In this document: positions 14,591 to 30,604 of the stretch, piece by piece
How positions within the stretch are numbered: the stretch's first letter is position 1
Layout of the letters: each line of letters opens with the position of its first letter
Assembly: GCA_051362555.1 (NCBI GenBank)
Contig: CM120640.1
Location: 30,151,967-30,215,966 of the forward strand
DNA length: 64,000 nucleotides
Reading direction: 5' to 3'
Source of the DNA: Lingula anatina
Taxonomy: Eukaryota; Animalia; Brachiopoda
The notes under the pieces: model-generated
Databases searched by the model: none
Seen by the model: only the letters and a program-made list of their open reading frames with translations
Told to the model about the DNA's origin: nothing
Made by a program: the position numbers and the translations under genes

Positions 14591-17500
14591 ACAGTGACAA
14601 CAGAAACATTTACCGTAATAAGAATGAACACAACGAAAAAGAGTGAAAACGAAGTTGTACACAGTCATCTCATAATGTACAAACATATTCAGTAACAATA
14701 CAGAATAGACACAGCAGACAGAATATAAAGAGACACATAGATATCAGTGACAACACCATCATGCAGAGTAATAATAATGATTACAAACAAATAGAGTGAC
14801 AAAACTGACATAAACAGTGCTCACAATAAATACAAACATCAACAGTAACAACAGCAACAAACACAGTAATAAAAATAAATGCAAACAAAAAGTCACAAAA
14901 CAGACATACACAGCGATTAGAAAAAAAATTCACATGTACAGTGAGAACAGTAACATTCACCGTAATAAGAATGAACACAACGAAAAACAGTGAAAACGAA
15001 GTTGTACACAGTCATCTCATAATGTACAAACATATTCAGTAACAATACAGAATAGACACAGCAGACAATATAAAGAGACACAGAGATACAGTGACAACAC
15101 CATCATACAGAGAAATAGTAATGATTACATAGAAACACAGTCACAATACAGACATGCACAGTGATCAGAATAAATTTTAACATGTACAATGACCACACAA
15201 CCATGCATAGTAACAAGAATAAATTAAAACAAACACAGTAAAAATATAGACAAACACAGTAATTAAAAACAAATTTCACTTGTACAGAGACAACAGTAAC
15301 ATTTGCCGTAATAAGAATGAACACAACGAAAAACAGTGAAAACGAAGTTGTACACAGTCATCTCATAATGTACAAACACATTCAGTAACAATACAGAATA
15401 GACACAGCAAAGAGAATATAAACAGACACATAGACATACAGTGAAAACACCATCACGCAGAGTAATAGTAATGATTACAAACAAATAGAGTGACAAAACT
15501 GACATAAACAGTGCTCACAATAAATACAAACATCAACAGTAACAACACCAACAAACAGTAATCAAAATAAATACAAAGAAACACAGTCACAATACATTCA
15601 TACACAGTGATCAGAATAAATTTTGACATGTACAGTGACAAAAGTAAGATTCACCATAATAAGACTGAACAAAACGAAAAAGAGTGAAAACGAAGTTGTA
15701 CACAGTCATCTCATAATGTACAAACATATTCAGTAACAATACAGAATAGACACAGCAGACAGAATATAAAGAGACACATAGAGATACAGTGACAACACCA
15801 TCATGCAGAGTAATAATAATGATTACAAACAAATAGAGTGACAAAACTGACATAAACAGTGCTCACAATAAATACAAACATCAACAGTAACAACATCAAC
15901 AAACACAGTAATCAAAATAAATGCAAACAAAAAGTCACAAAACAGACATACACAGCGATTAGAAAAAAAATTCACATGTACAGTGACAAGAATGAACACA
16001 ACGAAAAACAGTGAAAACGAAGTTGTACACAGTCATCTCATAATGTGCAAACATATTCAGTAACAATACATAATAGACACAGCAGACAGAATATAAAGAG
16101 ACACATAGATACAGTGACAACACCATCATACAGAGAAATAGTAATGATTACATACAAACACAGTCACAATACAGACATACACAGTGATCAGAATAAATTT
16201 TAACATGTATGGTGACCACACAACCATGCATAGTAACAAGAATAAACACAAATTAATCGGGCGATTACACAGTCATACACAGTGATCACAATAAATAGAA
16301 ACATCAACATAAAAAAACTGACATAAACAGTGGTCAAAATAAATATTAACAGGTACAGTGATAATAACATGCACAATAATCAAAATGAATACAAACAAAC
16401 ACAGTCACAATACAGACATACACAGTGATCAGAATAAATTTTGATATGTCCAGTGACCACAGAACCATGCATAGTAACAAGAATAAACAAAAATTAATCG
16501 GGTGATTACACAGTCATACACAGTGATCACAATATATATACAAACACATTCAATGACAATACAGAATGGAAACAGTGATCAGAGTATAAACAGACACATA
16601 AACTATAATGACAGTGACATCACCAACATGCACAGTTAAAATAATGACTAAAAATAAATAAACAGACAAAACTGACATCCACATTGCTGACAATAGATAT
16701 AAACACAAACAGTGCCAACGCTAAAATGCACAATGATCAAAATGACTACAAATAGAGTGACAAAACTGACATACACAGTGCTCACAATAAATACAAACAC
16801 GAACAGTGACAAAACAAACATGCACAGTAATCAAAATAAATAAAAACAAGCACAGTCAAAACACAGACATACACAATGATTAGAAAAAAATCAAATGTAC
16901 AGTGACAACAGTAACGTGCAACATAATGAGAACGAACACAACGAAAAAATGTAAAAAACATAGCTGCACACAGTCATCACAGTATGTACAAACTCATTCA
17001 GTAACAATACAGAATAGGCACAGCAAAGATAATGTAAACAGACACATAGACATACAGTGACAACACCATCATGGAGAGTAATAGTAATGATTACAAACAA
17101 ATAGAGTGACAAAACTGACATACACAGTGCTCACAATAAATACAAACATCATCAGTAACAACAGCAACAAACACAGTAATCAAATTAAATGCAAACAAAA
17201 ACAGTCACAAAACAGACATACACAGTGATTAGGAAAAAAATTCACATGTACAGTGACAACAGTAACATTCACCGTAATAAGAATGAACACAACGAAAAAC
17301 AGTGAAAACGAAGTTGTACACAGTCATCTCATAATGTACAAACATATTCAGTAACAATACAGAATAGACACAGCAGACAATATAAAGAGACACAGAGATA
17401 CAGTGACAACACCATCATACAGAGAAATAGTAATGATTACATAGAAACACAGTCACAATACAGACATGCACAGTGATCAGAATAAATTTTAACATGTACA

Positions 17501-20500
17501 ATGACCACACAACCATGCATAGTAACAAGAATAAATTAAAACAAACACAGTAAAAATATAGACAAACACAGTAATTAAAAACAAATTTCACTTGTACAGA
17601 GACAACAGTAACATTTGCCGTAATAAGAATGAACACAACGAAAAACAGTGAAAACGAAGTTGTACACAGTCATCTCATAATGTACAAACACATTCAGTAA
17701 CAATACAGAATAGACACAGCAAAGAGAATATAAACAGACACATAGACATACAGTGAAAACACCATCACGCAGAGTAATAGTAATGATTACAAACAAATAG
17801 AGTGACAAAACTGACATAACAGTGCTCACAATAAATACAAACATCAACAGTAACAACACCAACATACACAGTAATCAAAATAAATACAAAGAAACACAGT
17901 CACAATACATTCATACACAGTGATCAGAATAAATTTTGACATGTACAGTGACAAAAGTAAGATTCACCATAATAAGACTGAACAAAACGAAAAAGAGTGA
18001 AAACGAAGTTGTACACAGTCATCTCATAATGTACAAACATATTCAGTAACAATACAGAATAGACACAGCAGACAGAATATAAAGAGACACATAGAGATAC
18101 AGTGACAACACCATCATGCAGAGTAATAATAATGATTACAAACAAATAGAGTGACAAAACTGACATAAACAGTGCTCACAATAAATACAAACATCAACAG
18201 TAACAACACCAACAAACAGTAATCAAAATAAATACAAAGAAACACAGTCACAATACATTCATACACAGTGATCAGAATAAATTTTGACATGTACAGTGAC
18301 AAAAGTAAGATTCACCATAATAAGACTGAACAAAACGAAAAAGAGTGAAAACGAAGTTGTACACAGTCATCTCGTAATGTACAAACATATTCAGTAACAA
18401 TACAGAATAGACACAGCAGACAGAATATAAAGAGACACATAGAGATACAGTGACAACACCATCATGCAGAGTAATAATAATGATTACAAACAAATAGAGT
18501 GACAAAACTGACATAAACAGTGCTCACAATAAATACAAACATCAACAGTAACAACATCAACAAACACAGTAATCAAAATAAATGCAAACAAAAAGTCACA
18601 AAACAGACATACACAGCGATTAGAAAAAAAATTCACATGTACAGTGACAAGAATGAACACAACGAAAAACAGTGAAAAGGAAGTTGTACACAGTCATCTC
18701 ATAATGTGCAAACACATTCAGTAACAATACATAATAGACACAGCAGACAGAATATAAAGAGACACATAGAGATACAGTGACAACACCATCATACAGAGTA
18801 ATAGTAATGATTACATACAAACACAGTCACAATACAGACATACACAGTGATCAGAATAAATTTTAACATGTATGGTGACCACACAACCATGCATAGTAAC
18901 AAGAATAAACACAAATTAATCGGGTGATTACACAGTCATACACAGTGATCACAATAAATAGAAACATCAACATAAAAAAACTGACATAAACAGTGGTCAA
19001 AATAAATATTAACAGGTACAGTGATAATAACATGCACAATAATCAAAATGAATACAAACAAACACAGTCACAATACAGACATACACAGTGATCAGAATAA
19101 ATTTTGATATGTCCAGTGACCACAGAACCATGCATAGTTACAAGAATAAACAAAAATTAATCGGGTGATTACACAGTCATACACAGTGATCACAATATAT
19201 ATATATATACAAACACATTCAATGACAATACAGAATGGAAACAGTGATCAGAGTATAAACAGACACATAAACTATAATGACAGTGACATCACCAACATGC
19301 ACAGTTAAAATAATGACTAAAAATAAATAAACAGACAAAACTGACATCCACATTGCTGACAATAGATATAAACACAAACAGTGCCAACGCTAAAATGCAC
19401 AATGATCAAAATGACTACAAATAGAGTGACAAAACTGACATACACAGTGCTCACAATAAATACAAACACGAACAGTGACAAAACAAACATGCACAGTAAT
19501 CAAAATAAATAAAAACAAGCACAGTCAAAACACAGACATACACAATGATTAGAAAAAAATCAAATGTACAGTGACAACAGTAACGTGCAACATAATGAGA
19601 ACGAACACAACGAAAAAATGTAAAAAACATAGCTGCACACAGTCATCACAGTATGTACAAACTCATTCAGTAACAATACAGAATAGGCACAGCAAAGATA
19701 ATGTAAACAGACACATAGACATACAGTGACAACACCATCATGGAGAGTAATAGTAATGATTACAAACAAATAGAGTGACAAAACTGACATACACAGTGCT
19801 CACAATAAATACAAACATCATCAGTAACAACAGCAACAAACACAGTAATCAAATTAAATGCAAACAAAAACAGTCACAAAACAGACATACACAGTGATTA
19901 GGAAAAAAATTCACATGTACAGTGACAACAGTAACATTCACCGTAATAAGAATGAACACAACGAAAAACAGTGAAAACGAAGTTGTACACAGTCATCTCA
20001 TAATGTACAACATATTCAGTAACAATACAGAATAGACACAGCAGAAAATATAAAGAGACACAGAGATACAGTGACAACACCATCATACAGAGAAATAGTA
20101 ATGATTACATAGAAACACAGTCACAATACAGACATGCACAGTGATCAGAATAAATTTTAACATGTACAATGACCACACAACCATGCATAGTAACAAGAAT
20201 AAATTAAAACAAACACAGTAAAAATATAGACAAACACAGTAATTAAAAACAAATTTCACTTGTACAGAGACAACAGTAACATTTGCCGTAATAAGAATGA
20301 ACACAACGAAAAACAGTGAAAACGAAGTTGTACACAGTCATCTCATAATGTACAAACACATTCAGTAACAATACAGAATAGACACAGCAAAGAGAATATA
20401 AACAGACACATAGACATACAGTGAAAACACCATCACGCAGAGTAATAGTAATGATTACAAACAAATAGAGTGACAAAACTGACATAACAGTGCTCATAAT

Positions 20501-23250
20501 AAATACAAACATCAACAGTAACAACACCAACATACACAGTAATCAAAATAAATACAAAGAAACACAGTCACAATACATTCATACACAGTGATCAGAATAA
20601 ATTTTGACATGTACAGTGACAAAAGTAAGATTCACCATAATAAGACTGAACAAAACGAAAAAGAGTGAAAACGAAGTTGTACACAGTCATCTCATAATGT
20701 ACAAACATATTCAGTAACAATACAGAATAGACACAGCAGACAGAATATAAAGAGACACATAGAGATACAGTGACAACACCATCATGCAGAGTAATAATAA
20801 TGATTACAAACAAATAGAGTGACAAAACTGACATAAACAGTGCTCACAATAAATACAAACATCAACAGTAACAACATCAACAAACACAGTAATCAAAATA
20901 AATGCAAACAAAAAGTCACAAAACAGACATACACAGCGATTAGAAAAAAAATTCACATGTACAGTGACAAGAATGAACACAACGAAAAACAGTGAAAAGG
21001 AAGTTGTACACAGTCATCTCATAATGTGCAAACACATTCAGTAACAATACATAATAGACACAGCAGACAGAATATAAAGAGACACATAGAGATACAGTGA
21101 CAACACCATCATACAGAGTAATAGTAATGATTACATACAAACACAGTCACAATACAGACATACACAGTGATCAGAATAAATTTTAACATGTATGGTGACC
21201 ACACAACCATGCATAGTAACAAGAATAAACACAAATTAATCGGGTGATTACACAGTCATACACAGTGATCACAATAAATAGAAACATCAACATAAAAAAA
21301 CTGACATAAACAGTGGTCAAAATAAATATTAACAGGTACAGTGATAATAACATGCACAATAATCAAAATGAATACAAACAAACACAGTCACAATACAGAC
21401 ATACACAGTGATCAGAATAAATTTTGATATGTCCAGTGACCACAGAACCATGCATAGTTACAAGAATAAACAAAAATTAATCGGGTGATTACACAGTCAT
21501 ACACAGTGATCACAATATATATATACAAACACATTCAATGACAATACAGAATGGAAACAGTGATCAGAGTATAAACAGACACATAAACTATAATGACAGT
21601 GACATCACCAACATGCACAGTTAAAATAATGACTAAAAATAAATAAACAGACAAAACTGACATCCACATTGCTGACAATAGATATAAACACAAACAGTGC
21701 CAACGCTAAAATGCACAATGATCAAAATGACTACAAATAGAGTGACAAAACTGACATACACAGTGCTCACAATAAATACAAACACGAACAGTGACAAAAC
21801 AAACATGCACAGTAATCAAAATAAATAAAAACAAGCACAGTCAAAACACAGACATACACAATGATTAGAAAAAAATCAAATGTACAGTGACAACAGTAAC
21901 GTGCAACATAATGAGAACGAACACAACGAAAAAATGTAAAAAACATAGCTGCACACAGTCATCACAGTATGTACAAACTCATTCAGTAACAATACAGAAT
22001 AGGCACAGCAAAGATAATGTAAACAGACACATAGACATACAGTGACAACACCATCATGGAGAGTAATAGTAATGATTACAAACAAATAGAGTGACAAAAC
22101 TGACATACACAGTGCTCACAATAAATACAAACATCATCAGTAACAACAGCAACAAACACAGTAATCAAATTAAATGCAAACAAAAACAGTCACAAAACAG
22201 ACATACACAGTGATTAGGAAAAAAATTCACATGTACAGTGACAACAGTAACATTCACCGTAATAAGAATGAACACAACGAAAAACAGTGAAAACGAAGTT
22301 GTACACAGTCATCTCATAATGTACAAACATATTCAGTAACAATACAGAATAGACACAGCAGACAATATAAAGAGACACAGAGATACAGTGACAACACCAT
22401 CATACAGAGAAATAGTAATGATTACATAGAAACACAGTCACAATACAGACATGCACAGTGATCAGAATAAATTTTAACATGTACAATGACCACACAACCA
22501 TGCATAGTAACAAGAATAAATTAAAACAAACACAGTAAAAATATAGACAAACACAGTAATTAAAAACAAATTTCACTTGTACAGAGACAACAGTAACATT
22601 TGCCGTAATAAGAATGAACACAACGAAAAACAGTGAAAACGAAGTTGTACACAGTCATCTCATAATGTACAAACATATTCAGTAACAATACAGAATAGAC
22701 ACAGCAGACAGAATATAAAGAGACACATAGAGATACAGTGACAACACCATCATGCAGAGTAATAATAATGATTACAAACAAATAGAGTGACAAAACTGAC
22801 ATAAACAGTGCTCACAATAAATACAAACATCAACAGTAACAACACCAACAAACAGTAATCAAAATAAATATAAAGAAACACAGTCACAATACATTCATAC
22901 ACAGTGATCAGAATAAATTTTGACATGTACAGTGACAAAAGTAAGATTCACCATAATAAGACTGAACAAAACGAAAAAGAGTGAAAACGAAGTTGTACAC
23001 AGTCATCTCGTAATGTACAAACATATTCAGTAACAATACAGAATAGACACAGCAGACAGAATATAAAGAGACACATAGAGATACAGTGACAACACCATCA
23101 TGCAGAGTAATAATAATGATTACAAACAAATAGAGTGACAAAACTGACATAAACAGTGCTCACAATAAATACAAACATCAACAGTAACAACATCAACAAA
23201 CACAGTAATCAAAATAAATGCAAACAAAAAGTCACAAAACAGACATACAC
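14591..23250. repeat. Second copy of a 14,590-bp-offset duplication of positions 1-~8,310, with one extra 348-bp monomer
   Basis: Position 14,591 reproduces position 1. The offset is 14,590 for ORFs 191, 513, 2301 and 3334, then 14,938-14,939 after an extra monomer near 18.2-18.55 kb. The private variants GATATCAGTG and GGGCGATTAC are shared. Confidence 0.9.
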
Positions 23251-23409
23251 AGTGATTAGAAAAAAAATTCACATGTACAGTGACAAGAATGAACACAACG
23301 AAAAACAGTGAAAACGAAGTTGTACACAGTCATCTCATAATGTGCAAACACATTCAGTAACAATACATAATAGACACAGCAGACAGAATATAAAGAGACA
23401 CATAGAGAT

Positions 23410-26400
23410 ACAGTGACAACACCATCATACAGAGAAATAGTAATGATTACATAGAAACACAGTCACAATACAGACATGCACAGTGATCAGAATAAATTTT
23501 AACATGTACAATGACCACACAACCATGCATAGTAACAAGAATAAATTAAAACAAACACAGTAAAAATATAGACAAACACAGTAATTAAAAACAAATTTCA
23601 CTTGTACAGAGACAACAGTAACATTTGCCGTAATAAGAATGAACACAACGAAAAACAGTGAAAACGAAGTTGTACACAGTCATCTCATAATGTACAAACA
23701 CATTCAGTAACAATACAGAATAGACACAGCAAAGAGAATATAAACAGACACATAGACATACAGTGAAAACACCATCACGCAGAGTAATAGTAATGATTAC
23801 AAACAAATAGAGTGACAAAACTGACATAAACAGTGCTCACAATAAATACAAACATCAACAGTAACAACATCAACAAACACAGTAATCAAAATAAATACAA
23901 AGAAACACAGTCACAATACATTCATACACAGTGATCAGAATAAATTTTGACATGTACAGTGACAAAAGTAAGATTCACCATAATAAGACTGAACAAAACG
24001 AAAAAGAGTGAAAACGAAGTTGTACAAACATATTCAGTAACAATACAGAATAGACACAGCAGACAGAATATAAAGAGACACATAGAGATACAGTGACAAC
24101 ACCATCATGCAGAGTAATAATAATGATTACAAACAAATAGAGTGACAAAACTGACATAAACAGTGCTCACAATAAATACAAACATCAACAGTAACAACAT
24201 CAACAAACACAGTAATCAAAATAAATGCAAACAAAAAGTCACAAAACAGACATACACAGCGATTAGAAAAAAAATTCACATGTACAGTAACAAGAATGAA
24301 CACAACGAAAAACAGTGAAAAGGAAGTTGTACACAGTCATCTCATAATGTGCAAACACATTCAGTAACAATACATAATAGACACAGCAGACAGAATATAA
24401 AGAGACACATAGAGATACAGTGACAACACCATCATACAGAGTAATAGTAATGATTACATACAAACACAGTCACAATACAGACATACACAGTGATCAGAAT
24501 AAATTTTAACATGTATAGTGACCACACAACCATGCATAGTAACAAGAATAAACACAAATTAATCGGGTGATTACACAGTCATACACAGTGATCACAATAA
24601 ATAGAAACATCAACATAAAAAAACTGACATAAACAGTGGTCAAAATAAATATTAACAGGTACAGTGATAATAACATGCACAATAATCAAAATGAATACAA
24701 ACAAACACAGTCACAATACAGACATACACAGTGATCAGAATAAATTTTGATATGTCCAGTGACCACAGAACCATGCATAGTTACAAGAATAAACAAAAAT
24801 TAATCGGGTGATTACACAGTCATACACAGTGATCACAATATATATACAAACACATTCAATGACAATACAGAATGGAAACAGTGATCAGAGTATAAACAGA
24901 CACATAAACTATAATGACAGTGACATCACCAACATGCACAGTTAAAATAATGACTAAAAATAAATAAACAGACAAAACTGACATCCACATTGCTGACAAT
25001 AGATATAAACACAAACAGTGCCAACGCTAAAATGCACAATGATCAAAATGACTACAAATAGAGTGACAAAACTGACATACACAGTGCTCACAATAAATAC
25101 AAACACGAACAGTGACAAAACAAACATGCACAGTAATCAAAATAAATAAAAACAAGCACAGTCAAAACACAGACATACACAATGATTAGAAAAAAATCAA
25201 ATGTACAGTGACAACAGTAACGTGCAACATAATGAGAACGAACACAACGAAAAAATGTAAAAAACATAGCTGCACACAGTCATCACAGTATGTACAAACT
25301 CATTCAGTAACAATACAGAATAGGCACAGCAAAGATAATGTAAACAGACACATAGACATACAGTGACAACACCATCATGGAGAGTAATAGTAATGATTAC
25401 AAACAAATAGAGTGACAAAACTGACATACACAGTGCTCACAATAAATACAAACATCATCAGTAACAACAGCAACAAACACAGTAATCAAATTAAATGCAA
25501 ACAAAAACAGTCACAAAACAGACATACACAGTGATTAGAAAAAAAATTCACATGTACAGTGACAACAGTAACATTCACCGTAATAAGAATGAACACAACG
25601 AAAAAGAGTGAAAACGAAGTTGTACACAGTCATCTCATAATGTACAAACATATTCAGTAACAATACAGAATAGACACAGCAGACAATATAAAGAGACACA
25701 GAGATACAGTGACAACACCATCATACAGAGAAATAGTAATGATTACATAGAAACACAGTCACAATACAGACATGCACAGTGATCAGAATAAATTTTAACA
25801 TGTACAATGACCACACAACCATGCATAGTAACAAGAATAAATTAAAACAAACACAGTAAAAATATAGACAAACACAGTAATTAAAAACAAATTTCACTTG
25901 TACAGAGACAACAGTAACATTTGCCGTAATAAGAATGAACACAACGAAAAACAGTGAAAACGAAGTTGTACACAGTCATCTCATAATGTACAAACACATT
26001 CAGTAACAATACAGAATAGACACAGCAAAGAGAATATAAACAGACACATAGACATACAGTGAAAACACCATCACGCAGAGTAATAGTAATGATTACAAAC
26101 AAATAGAGTGACAAAACTGACATAAACAGTGCTCACAATAAATACAAACATCAACAGTAACAACATCAACAAACACAGTAATCAAAATAAATACAAAGAA
26201 ACACAGTCACAATACATTCATACACAGTGATCAGAATAAATTTTGACATGTACAGTGACAAAAGTAAGATTCACCATAATAAGACTGAACAAAACGAAAA
26301 AGAGTGAAAACGAAGTTGTACAAACATATTCAGTAACAATACAGAATAGACACAGCAGACAGAATATAAAGAGACACATAGAGATACAGTGACAACACCA

Positions 26401-29400
26401 TCATGCAGAGTAATAATAATGATTACAAACAAATAGAGTGACAAAACTGACATAAACAGTGCTCACAATAAATACAAACATCAACAGTAACAACATCAAC
26501 AAACACAGTAATCAAAATAAATGCAAACAAAAAGTCACAAAACAGACATACACAGCGATTAGAAAAAAAATTCACATGTACAGTGACAAGAATGAACACA
26601 ACGAAAAACAGTGAAAAGGAAGTTGTACACAGTCATCTCATAATGTGCAAACACATTCAGTAACAATACATAATAGACACAGCAGACAGAATATAAAGAG
26701 ACACATAGAGATACAGTGACAACACCATCATACAGAGTAATAGTAATGATTACATACAAACACAGTCACAATACAGACATACACAGTGATCAGAATAAAT
26801 TTTAACATGTTTGGTGACCACACAACCATGCATAGTAACAAGAATAAACACAAATTAATCGGGTGATTACACAGTCATACACAGTGATCACAATAAATAG
26901 AAACATCAACATAAAAAAACTGACATAAACAGTGGTCAAAATAAATATTAACAGGTACAGTGATAATAACATGCACAATAATCAAAATGAATACAAACAA
27001 ACACAGTCACAATACAGACATACACAGTGATCAGAATAAATTTTGATATGTCCAGTGACCACAGAACCATGCATAGTTACAAGAATAAACAAAAATTAAT
27101 CGGGTGATTACACAGTCATACACAGTGATCACAATATATATATACAAACACATTCAATGACAATACAGAATGGAAACAGTGATCAGAGTATAAACAGACA
27201 CATAAACTATAATGACAGTGACATCACCAACATGCACAGTTAAAATAATGACTAAAAATAAATAAACAGACAAAACTGACATCCACATTGCTGACAATAG
27301 ATATAAACACAAACAGTGCCAACGCTAAAATGCACAATGATCAAAATGACTACAAATAGAGTGACAAAACTGACATACACAGTGCTCACAATAAATACAA
27401 ACACGAACAGTGACAAAACAAACATGCACAGTAATCAAAATAAATAAAAACAAGCACAGTCAAAACACAGACATACACAATGATTAGAAAAAAATCAAAT
27501 GTACAGTGACAACAGTAACGTGCAACATAATGAGAACGAACACAACGAAAAAATGTAAAAAACATAGCTGCACACAGTCATCACAGTATGTACAAACTCA
27601 TTCAGTAACAATACAGAATAGGCACAGCAAAGATAATGTAAACAGACACATAGACATACAGTGACAACACCATCATGGAGAGTAATAGTAATGATTACAA
27701 ACAAATAGAGTGACAAAACTGACATACACAGTGCTCACAATAAATACAAACATCATCAGTAACAACAGCAACAAACACAGTAATCAAATTAAATGCAAAC
27801 AAAAACAGTCACAAAACAGACATACACAGTGATTAGAAAAAAAATTCACATGTACAGTGACAACAGTAACATTCACCGTAATAAGAATGAACACAACGAA
27901 AAAGAGTGAAAACGAAGTTGTACACAGTCATCTCATAATGTACAAACATATTCAGTAACAATACAGAATAGACACAGCAGACAATATAAAGAGACACAGA
28001 GATACAGTGACAACACCATCATACAGAGAAATAGTAATGATTACATAGAAACACAGTCACAATACAGACATGCACAGTGATCAGAATAAATTTTAACATG
28101 TACAATGACCACACAACCATGCATAGTAACAAGAATAAATTAAAACAAACACAGTAAAAATATAGACAAACACAGTAATTAAAAACAAATTTCACTTGTA
28201 CAGAGACAACAGTAACATTTGCCGTAATAAGAATGAACACAACGAAAAACAGTGAAAACGAAGTTGTACACAGTCATCTCATAATGTACAAACACATTCA
28301 GTAACAATACAGAATAGACACAGCAAAGAGAATATAAACAGACACATAGACATACAGTGAAAACACCATCACGCAGAGTAATAGTAATGATTACAAACAA
28401 ATAGAGTGACAAAACTGACATAAACAGTGCTCACAATAAATACAAACATCAACAGTAACAACATCAACAAACACAGTAATCAAAATAAATACAAAGAAAC
28501 ACAGTCACAATACATTCATACACAGTGATCAGAATAAATTTTGACATGTACAGTGACAAAAGTAAGATTCACCATAATAAGACTGAACAAAACGAAAAAG
28601 AGTGAAAACGAAGTTGTACAAACATATTCAGTAACAATACAGAATAGACACAGCAGACAGAATATAAAGAGACACATAGAGATACAGTGACAACACCATC
28701 ATGCAGAGTAATAATAATGATTACAAACAAATAGAGTGACAAAACTGACATAAACAGTGCTCACAATAAATACAAACATCAACAGTAACAACATCAACAA
28801 ACACAGTAATCAAAATAAATGCAAACAAAAAGTCACAAAACAGACATACACAGCGATTAGAAAAAAAATTCACATGTACAGTAACAAGAATGAACACAAC
28901 GAAAAACAGTGAAAAGGAAGTTGTACACAGTCATCTCATAATGTGCAAACACATTCAGTAACAATACATAATAGACACAGCAGACAGAATATAAAGAGAC
29001 ACATAGAGATACAGTGACAACACCATCATACAGAGTAATAGTAATGATTACATACAAACACAGTCACAATACAGACATACACAGTGATCAGAATAAATTT
29101 TAACATGTATAGTGACCACACAACCATGCATAGTAACAAGAATAAACACAAATTAATCGGGTGATTACACAGTCATACACAGTGATCACAATAAATAGAA
29201 ACATCAACATAAAAAAACTGACATAAACAGTGGTCAAAATAAATATTAACAGGTACAGTGATAATAACATGCACAATAATCAAAATGAATACAAACAAAC
29301 ACAGTCACAATACAGACATACACAGTGATCAGAATAAATTTTGATATGTCCAGTGACCACAGAACCATGCATAGTTACAAGAATAAACAAAAATTAATCG

Positions 29401-30604
29401 GGTGATTACACAGTCATACACAGTGATCACAATATATATACAAACACATTCAATGACAATACAGAATGGAAACAGTGATCAGAGTATAAACAGACACATA
29501 AACTATAATGACAGTGACATCACCAACATGCACAGTTAAAATAATGACTAAAAATAAATAAACAGACAAAACTGACATCCACATTGCTGACAATAGATAT
29601 AAACACAAACAGTGCCAACGCTAAAATGCACAATGATCAAAATGACTACAAATAGAGTGACAAAACTGACATACACAGTGCTCACAATAAATACAAACAC
29701 GAACAGTGACAAAACAAACATGCACAGTAATCAAAATAAATAAAAACAAGCACAGTCAAAACACAGACATACACAATGATTAGAAAAAAATCAAATGTAC
29801 AGTGACAACAGTAACGTGCAACATAATGAGAACGAACACAACGAAAAAATGTAAAAAACATAGCTGCACACAGTCATCACAGTATGTACAAACTCATTCA
29901 GTAACAATACAGAATAGGCACAGCAAAGATAATGTAAACAGACACATAGACATACAGTGACAACACCATCATGGAGAGTAATAGTAATGATTACAAACAA
30001 ATAGAGTGACAAAACTGACATACACAGTGCTCACAATAAATACAAACATCATCAGTAACAACAGCAACAAACAAAGTAATCAAATTAAATGCAAACAAAA
30101 ACAGTCACAAAACAGACATACACAGTGATTAGAAAAAAAATTCACATGTACAGTGACAACAGTAACATTCACCGTAATAAGAATGAACACAACGAAAAAG
30201 AGTGAAAACGAAGTTGTACACAGTCATCTCATAATGTACAAACATATTCAGTAACAATACAGAATAGACACAGCAGACAATATAAAGAGACACAGAGATA
30301 CAGTGACAACACCATCATACAGAGAAATAGTAATGATTACATAGAAACACAGTCACAATACAGACATGCACAGTGATCAGAATAAATTTTAACATGTACA
30401 ATGACCACACAACCATGCATAGTAACAAGAATAAATTAAAACAAACACAGTAAAAATATAGACAAACACAGTAATTAAAAACAAATTTCACTTGTACAGA
30501 GACAACAGTAACATTTGCCGTAATAAGAATGAACACAACGAAAAACAGTGAAAACGAAGTTGTACACAGTCATCTCATAATGTACAAACACATTCAGTAA
30601 CAAT
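23410..30604. repeat. HOR sub-block with 2,296/2,298-bp units (4,594-bp super-period), marked by a 20-bp deletion
   Basis: Offsets of 4,594 (23425/28019, 24263/28857, 25197/29791). GAAGTTGTACAAACATATTC, lacking CAGTCATCTCATAATGTACA, occurs at ~24,021, ~26,317 and ~28,615. Confidence 0.9.

Larger units (their letters stand above)
1..30480. repeat. Homogeneous higher-order-repeat domain, HOR ~2,296-2,321 bp (four ~327-349-bp monomers plus one ~942-bp expanded monomer)
   Basis: Anchor spacings of ~347+347+327+942+349 sum to 2,312. Near-identical ORF-track translations recur at 2301, 4622, 6937, 9257, 11572, 13884, 16891, 19560, 21876, 25197, 27495 and 29791. Confidence 0.95.
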
